Source: Octopus vulgaris (taxonomy: Eukaryota). From it: 248,000 bases of DNA. How positions within the stretch are numbered: the stretch's first letter is position 1; each line of letters starts with the position of its first letter. Below, piece after piece: positions 242,933-248,000 of the stretch. The DNA is taken from positions 39,948,001 through 40,196,000 of the forward strand of contig OX597834.1 of the NCBI GenBank assembly GCA_951406725.2, given 5' to 3'. The notes under the pieces were generated by a model. That model was not told the DNA's origin, searched no databases, and was given only the letters and a program-made list of their open reading frames with translations. A program made the translations under genes and the position numbers.

Positions 242933-244557
242933 TTTTCAATTCTTGAGCGTTATACACCACCTGTCTTCGTCTTTTGTTTTTTATCACACACACATACAGA
243001 CAGGTGTATTTAAAGATCCAAGGGAAAATATTATACCTGTCCTTACCATACAGCCATGTCTGTACCTCTCTCATAAATATATACACACGAGAGGGTGCTG
243101 AAATGTTCCTGGCTTTAAGGGTATTGTGAAAGGCCTGGTCGAAGGCCCAGCCTTCTGATTTCTTTTACAGGGCTTAGAAAAACTGAAGGACCATGTGTGA
243201 AAATGAGTAACAGTTTTGCAAAAATTTTGCAGCTTTAATACAAGAATATATCATCATCATCATCATTTAATATCTGTTGTCCATGCTGGCATGGGTTGGA
243301 TGGTTCGGCAGAGGTGGTATGCTGGAAGGCTGCACCAGACTCCAGTCTGATTTGCCATGGTTTTCTACAGCTGGAAGCCCTTCCTAATCCCAACCACTCT
243401 GATGGTTAGGTGCTTTTATGTGCCACCAGCATGGGTGCCATTTGCATGACACGGGCATGGCTACCAATCTGTGTGACACTGGTATCTGCCATGACTGCGA
243501 TTTTGCTTAGCTTGATGGGTCACCTTCTCAAGCACAGCATAATGCCAATGGTCTTGATATATTATATATCACCGTGACCGACCAGGCTATCAGATGTTGT
243601 TACACATCGCTGGTCACAATGTGCTTTGCATTGTTTTAGCCTTCAAATGACGCCACCCTGCTGGCTAAGCAAGCAGGCCAACAGTAGAAAGAGTGAGAGA
243701 AAGTTGTGGCGAAAGAGTACAGCAGGGATCAACACCATCCCCTACCGGAGCCTCGTGGAGCTTTAGGTGTTTTTGCTCAATAAACACTCACAACGCCCGG
243801 TCTGGGAATCGAAACTGAGATCCTACGACCACGAGTTCGCTGCCCTATCCACTGGGACATTGCACTTCCACATATTATATTATAAGGAAACGTAAAGGGG
243901 ACAGGTGGAGGAGGAGATTGGGGGTGGGTGGCTTGAGGATGGAGGATGCCCAAAACCAGGTAAGAAGGCAAGATGGTGTGAGAGCGATTGCTGTAAGAGT
244001 GAGGTCGATCTGACTGCCCCCACCCTGTTAATGGGGACAAATCTGGATTTAAAATATTGGAATTCACCATCATCAATCCACTGTTAATTACGAATGTGTG
244101 TGCGTGCATGGGTGTGCATGTGTATGTCTGTGTGTCTTCTTGCTTAGACATCACGTCATAGTTGTAAACAAGTGTCCCTGTCGTACAAGTGGCTTTGTTC
244201 GTTTTCCCTCTTCCATGTGAAAACAAGTCCAGCCAAGGAGAAAATTTACCTTGATTAGAAGCAGGTGAGGGTTGGTGATTGGGAAAGCATCCAGGCATAG
244301 GAAATCTGTCTTGGTGAATTTCATCTAATTCATACACGCATGGAAAAATAGGCATTAAAAGAATGAGGATGAGAATGGCTATGATGATGATGATGATGAT
244401 GATGATGCTAAATAATTATACAAACACCTCTCTCTCTCCCCCTCTCTCTTTCCCCCATCCCCACACACACGCAGAAGTTAATCAATAGAACGATTTCTCA
244501 ATTAATCTGTCAATGAAAAGATATCGGTAGAGATGAGGGAGAAAGAGAGAGACAGAC

Positions 244558-244595
<38 letters not shown>

Positions 244596-247500
244596 AACGA
244601 TAGAGAGATAAAGAGATGAGTTACAGTTAAAGAGAAATATAGATATGAGAGAGAGAGAGGGAGAGAAGGGAGAGAAAGGGGAGAGAGAGGCTGACAGACA
244701 GACAGGCAGTGAGACAGGGAATAATCCAATTTACTGATGCAGAAAAGAAATGTAAAATTGTGTCAAGATAATCCATTTGAAATCCTTCAGTTTGAAAGAT
244801 CTGCCATTGTCTTCAAAGTAAGATAACAGTTCCAGATTGGTGTGATGTCACAGAATGGCAGGATGGTGATTGTGATGGTGATGGAATTGATGATGGTGGT
244901 AGTGGTGGTGGTGGTGGTGGTGGTGATGGTGTTTTGGTTAATGGCGTTGGCAACAGTGATGGTGGTGGCGGTGGTGGTGTTGTCGGTGGTTGCAGTGAAG
245001 ATTGTTGTGATGGTAGTTGCCATGGTGGTGGTGGTGGTTGTGTAAGAGTAATGGTAGACTTCTACATATAATGTCATTGTGATATTTCAATCATGTCACA
245101 AGTTCAAATCCCTTTGACGTCAGCTTAACCCTTTTAACCTTTCTGGGGGGAGTCTATAAAAATAAATTCTGGGATTGAGTTAAATCAATTGCTTGTGCCT
245201 CCCAACACTCCCTGGATGTTATGCACTTGTGCCAACAGGTGGCAGCACGAGTAGTAATAACACAAGGGTCCCATACAGCCAGAACTACCTGTTATTCTTA
245301 GGAAACTCAATCTGTGATTGGTGATTGATTTAAATCATTAAATTGATTGATTGTGCCTCTCCACACTCATCAAGTATTCTGCTCTTGTGCCAACAGGTAG
245401 CAGCACAAGTAGACAGAACACAAGAGCAATACATCTTGTATTTAGATATGGTCCTGTCTGCTCTGAGTTCAAATACAGCCAGCATTGTATCTGCCCATCA
245501 TCGTTGGGGTAAAATAAAACAGCCCTTTTTATTATGAGCACAAGGCATGAAACTTCGATGGGGAAGGGGATAATCAATTACGTCGACCCCAGTGCACAAC
245601 TGGTACCTATTTTATCGGCCCCTCAAAAGGATGAAAGGCAAAGTTGACCTAGGCAGTATTTGAACTCAGGACCCAAAGATAGACAAAATTCTACCAAGCA
245701 TATTTTTTCCAGGTATGCTAACGATTCAGCCAGACAACCTGGCACAATCTGAAGATTGGTTCCCTCAACTGTATTTATTTAGCGCTTTCACCCCTTTCAG
245801 GAATTCATCCGATGATTGAAACAAACAATAAAAAGATAAAACAAACAGTTAACCTAAATATTATTGATCTGATAAGCGAGGCCCCTACTTCAGTGTAGAG
245901 ACATGGCCCCTATTTCAGAGTAAACCATACAATTAACCAAAAATATAAAACTAACTTAGCAGTTCAGCAAAAGGAATAAAGACCAGAAATTTTATTTACA
246001 AAAAAAAAACATACTGGGATCAATTCGTTTGACAAAAACCCATCGAGGTGGTGCCCCAGCATGGCGACAGTCAAATGACTGAAACAACCCACGTCTCTAC
246101 AATCATTATATCCTATTTACCTTGACCTTTGTCCCCCATCCCCCCCTGCCGTTTCTCTCTGTTCTTTTAACCCTATTTTCTCTTTCATTCTTTCTAGAAC
246201 CCTTTTTTGTGTTTTTCCCCTCTGTTTCTCCAACGCCAACCATTCCCCTTATTTCCCTCTGCTTCTCATCCTCATCCTTTATCTTCCTGTTTTCATCTTC
246301 TCATTCAACCAGAATCCTCCATTGGCTCATCCAACGACAACAATGGGAAAGAGACAGACAGGCTGACGCACAGACAGACAGAAAGGCAACCCATTTCCCC
246401 CGAGAGATTCAAAGAGAAATCCGATTCCAATGGTAAATGCGGAAGTTACAACAAAGCAAAGTGTGAAGAACTGCTCCAGTGTGTGTATATATATATATAT
246501 ATATACAAATGTATAAAGATATATGCGATCACATATACATATCCCTCGGTGCAGGATTCCATGGCTACATGTGTGCACAAACACACATGTGCATGTAGAC
246601 ACACACATGCACACACGCATTCACACATGCAAATACTGAGATGTGTTCACAGATAAATGCACTCAGGTAGGATACATAAATACATACATGTATACACACG
246701 TGCATGTACGTGTGTGCATGTATGTATGTGTGTGTATGTCTGTGTGTGTATGTATGTGTGTGTATGTATGTGTGTGTATGTATGTGTGTGTATGTATGTA
246801 TGTGTGTATGTATGTGTGTATGTATGTATGTGTGTGTGTATGTATGTATGTATGATGTATGTATGAGTGTGTGCATGTATGTATGTGTGTGTATGTATGT
246901 GTGTGTGTGTATGTATGTGTGTGTGTGTATACACACATGCATATGTAGAAATGCAGACAGGTAACCAATAAAGAAGCCACTAAGTGGTCACTTGATCTGC
247001 TAGAAACAACAGCAAAATCTCAATGTAATTACATGCTACCGTCTCAAAGAATGAAGTAATGTAATCCTAGATATACCCAGTGTGACAAAAAAAAAATGAA
247101 AGAATAAATAAATAGATAGCATGATCAGAATTGAAATATCTGCTGGACCAAGACTGACCTAGGGTTAAACAACCCCAAAAAACTTCAAAATCCAGTTTGA
247201 AATATTGGGAATATGATTCACTAAAACTCTTGAATAACATGGTGCCCCAGCATGGCCAGAGTCAAATAACTGAAACCAGTATAAGAATACATACAAACAC
247301 ATACAAGCATACACATATATAATGTGTGTATCTGTATACATGTGCCATTGGCAAATCTTCTTCTCCATCTTTGGTCTTTACTCTTTCTCCTTTCCGACGA
247401 AGAGCTTTGCTCAAAATGTCAAACTCTCTCCTTACACCAAGCATTGAGCTAATATGTTTCTTGTACATGTCCTCAGGTTTTTTTTTTTTTTTTTATTATT

Positions 247501-247754
247501 TCAGTTGGTTATTTGAATTGATTATACATACTCTCTTTTACTCTTTTACTTCTTTCAGTCATTTGACTGCGGCCATGCTGGAGCACCGCCTTTAGTCGAG
247601 CAAATCGACCCCGGGACTTATTCTTTTTGTAAGCCCAGTACTTATTCTATCGGTCTCTTTTGCCGAACCGCTAAGTGACGGGGACGTAAACACACCAGCA
247701 TCGGTTGTCAAGCAATGCTAGGGGGACAAACACAGACACACAAACATATACGCA

Positions 247755-247814
<60 letters not shown>

Positions 247815-248000
247815 GACAGGCTTCTTTCAGTTTCCGTCTACCAAATCGACTCACAAGGCTTTGATCAGCCCGGGGCTATAGCAGAAGACACTTGCCCAAG
247901 ATGCTACGCAGTGGGACTGAACCCAGAACCATGTGGTTGGTTAGCAAGCTACTTACCACACAGCCACTCCTGCGCCTATACATGCATATATCATCATCAT

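Overview
A repeat-saturated animal genomic window. Its (AT)n/(GT)n/(TAA)n microsatellite load and tRNA-headed SINE families look like an Octopus genome (inference; no search run). The whole window lies in the 5' part of one minus-strand gene, a RasGAP of the SynGAP/DAB2IP/RASAL2 family (Drosophila raskol, C. elegans gap-2 type). Three phase-compatible coding exons are supported (227659-227515, 49174-49071, 839-736), separated by introns of about 178 kb and 48 kb. Several candidate alternative first or cassette exons also splice in phase, including one encoding an MGNNK...CFLCC N-terminus that may be lipidated. The introns hold one young, 5'-truncated CR1-clade LINE with an uninterrupted 883-codon APE-RT frame and a 9-bp TSD. 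They also hold decayed RTE, R4/Dong, HERO and L2-like LINE ends, several Tc1/mariner subfamilies, hAT- and piggyBac-type MITEs, non-autonomous Helitrons, Penelope-like termini, hundreds of SINE pieces and many minisatellites. The most unusual signals are RNA structures. (i) A dispersed family of Penelope-type minimal hammerhead motifs has a fixed CUGU-N-GA core instead of CUGA-N-GA. (ii) A hammerhead-like motif with non-circularly permuted strand order (C-B-A) sits in the 3' UTR of a HERO-type retrotransposon. (iii) There is a 218-bp spacerless palindrome. Nearly all ORFs in the supplied track are microsatellite artefacts. All family assignments come from motif recognition from memory, not database searches.
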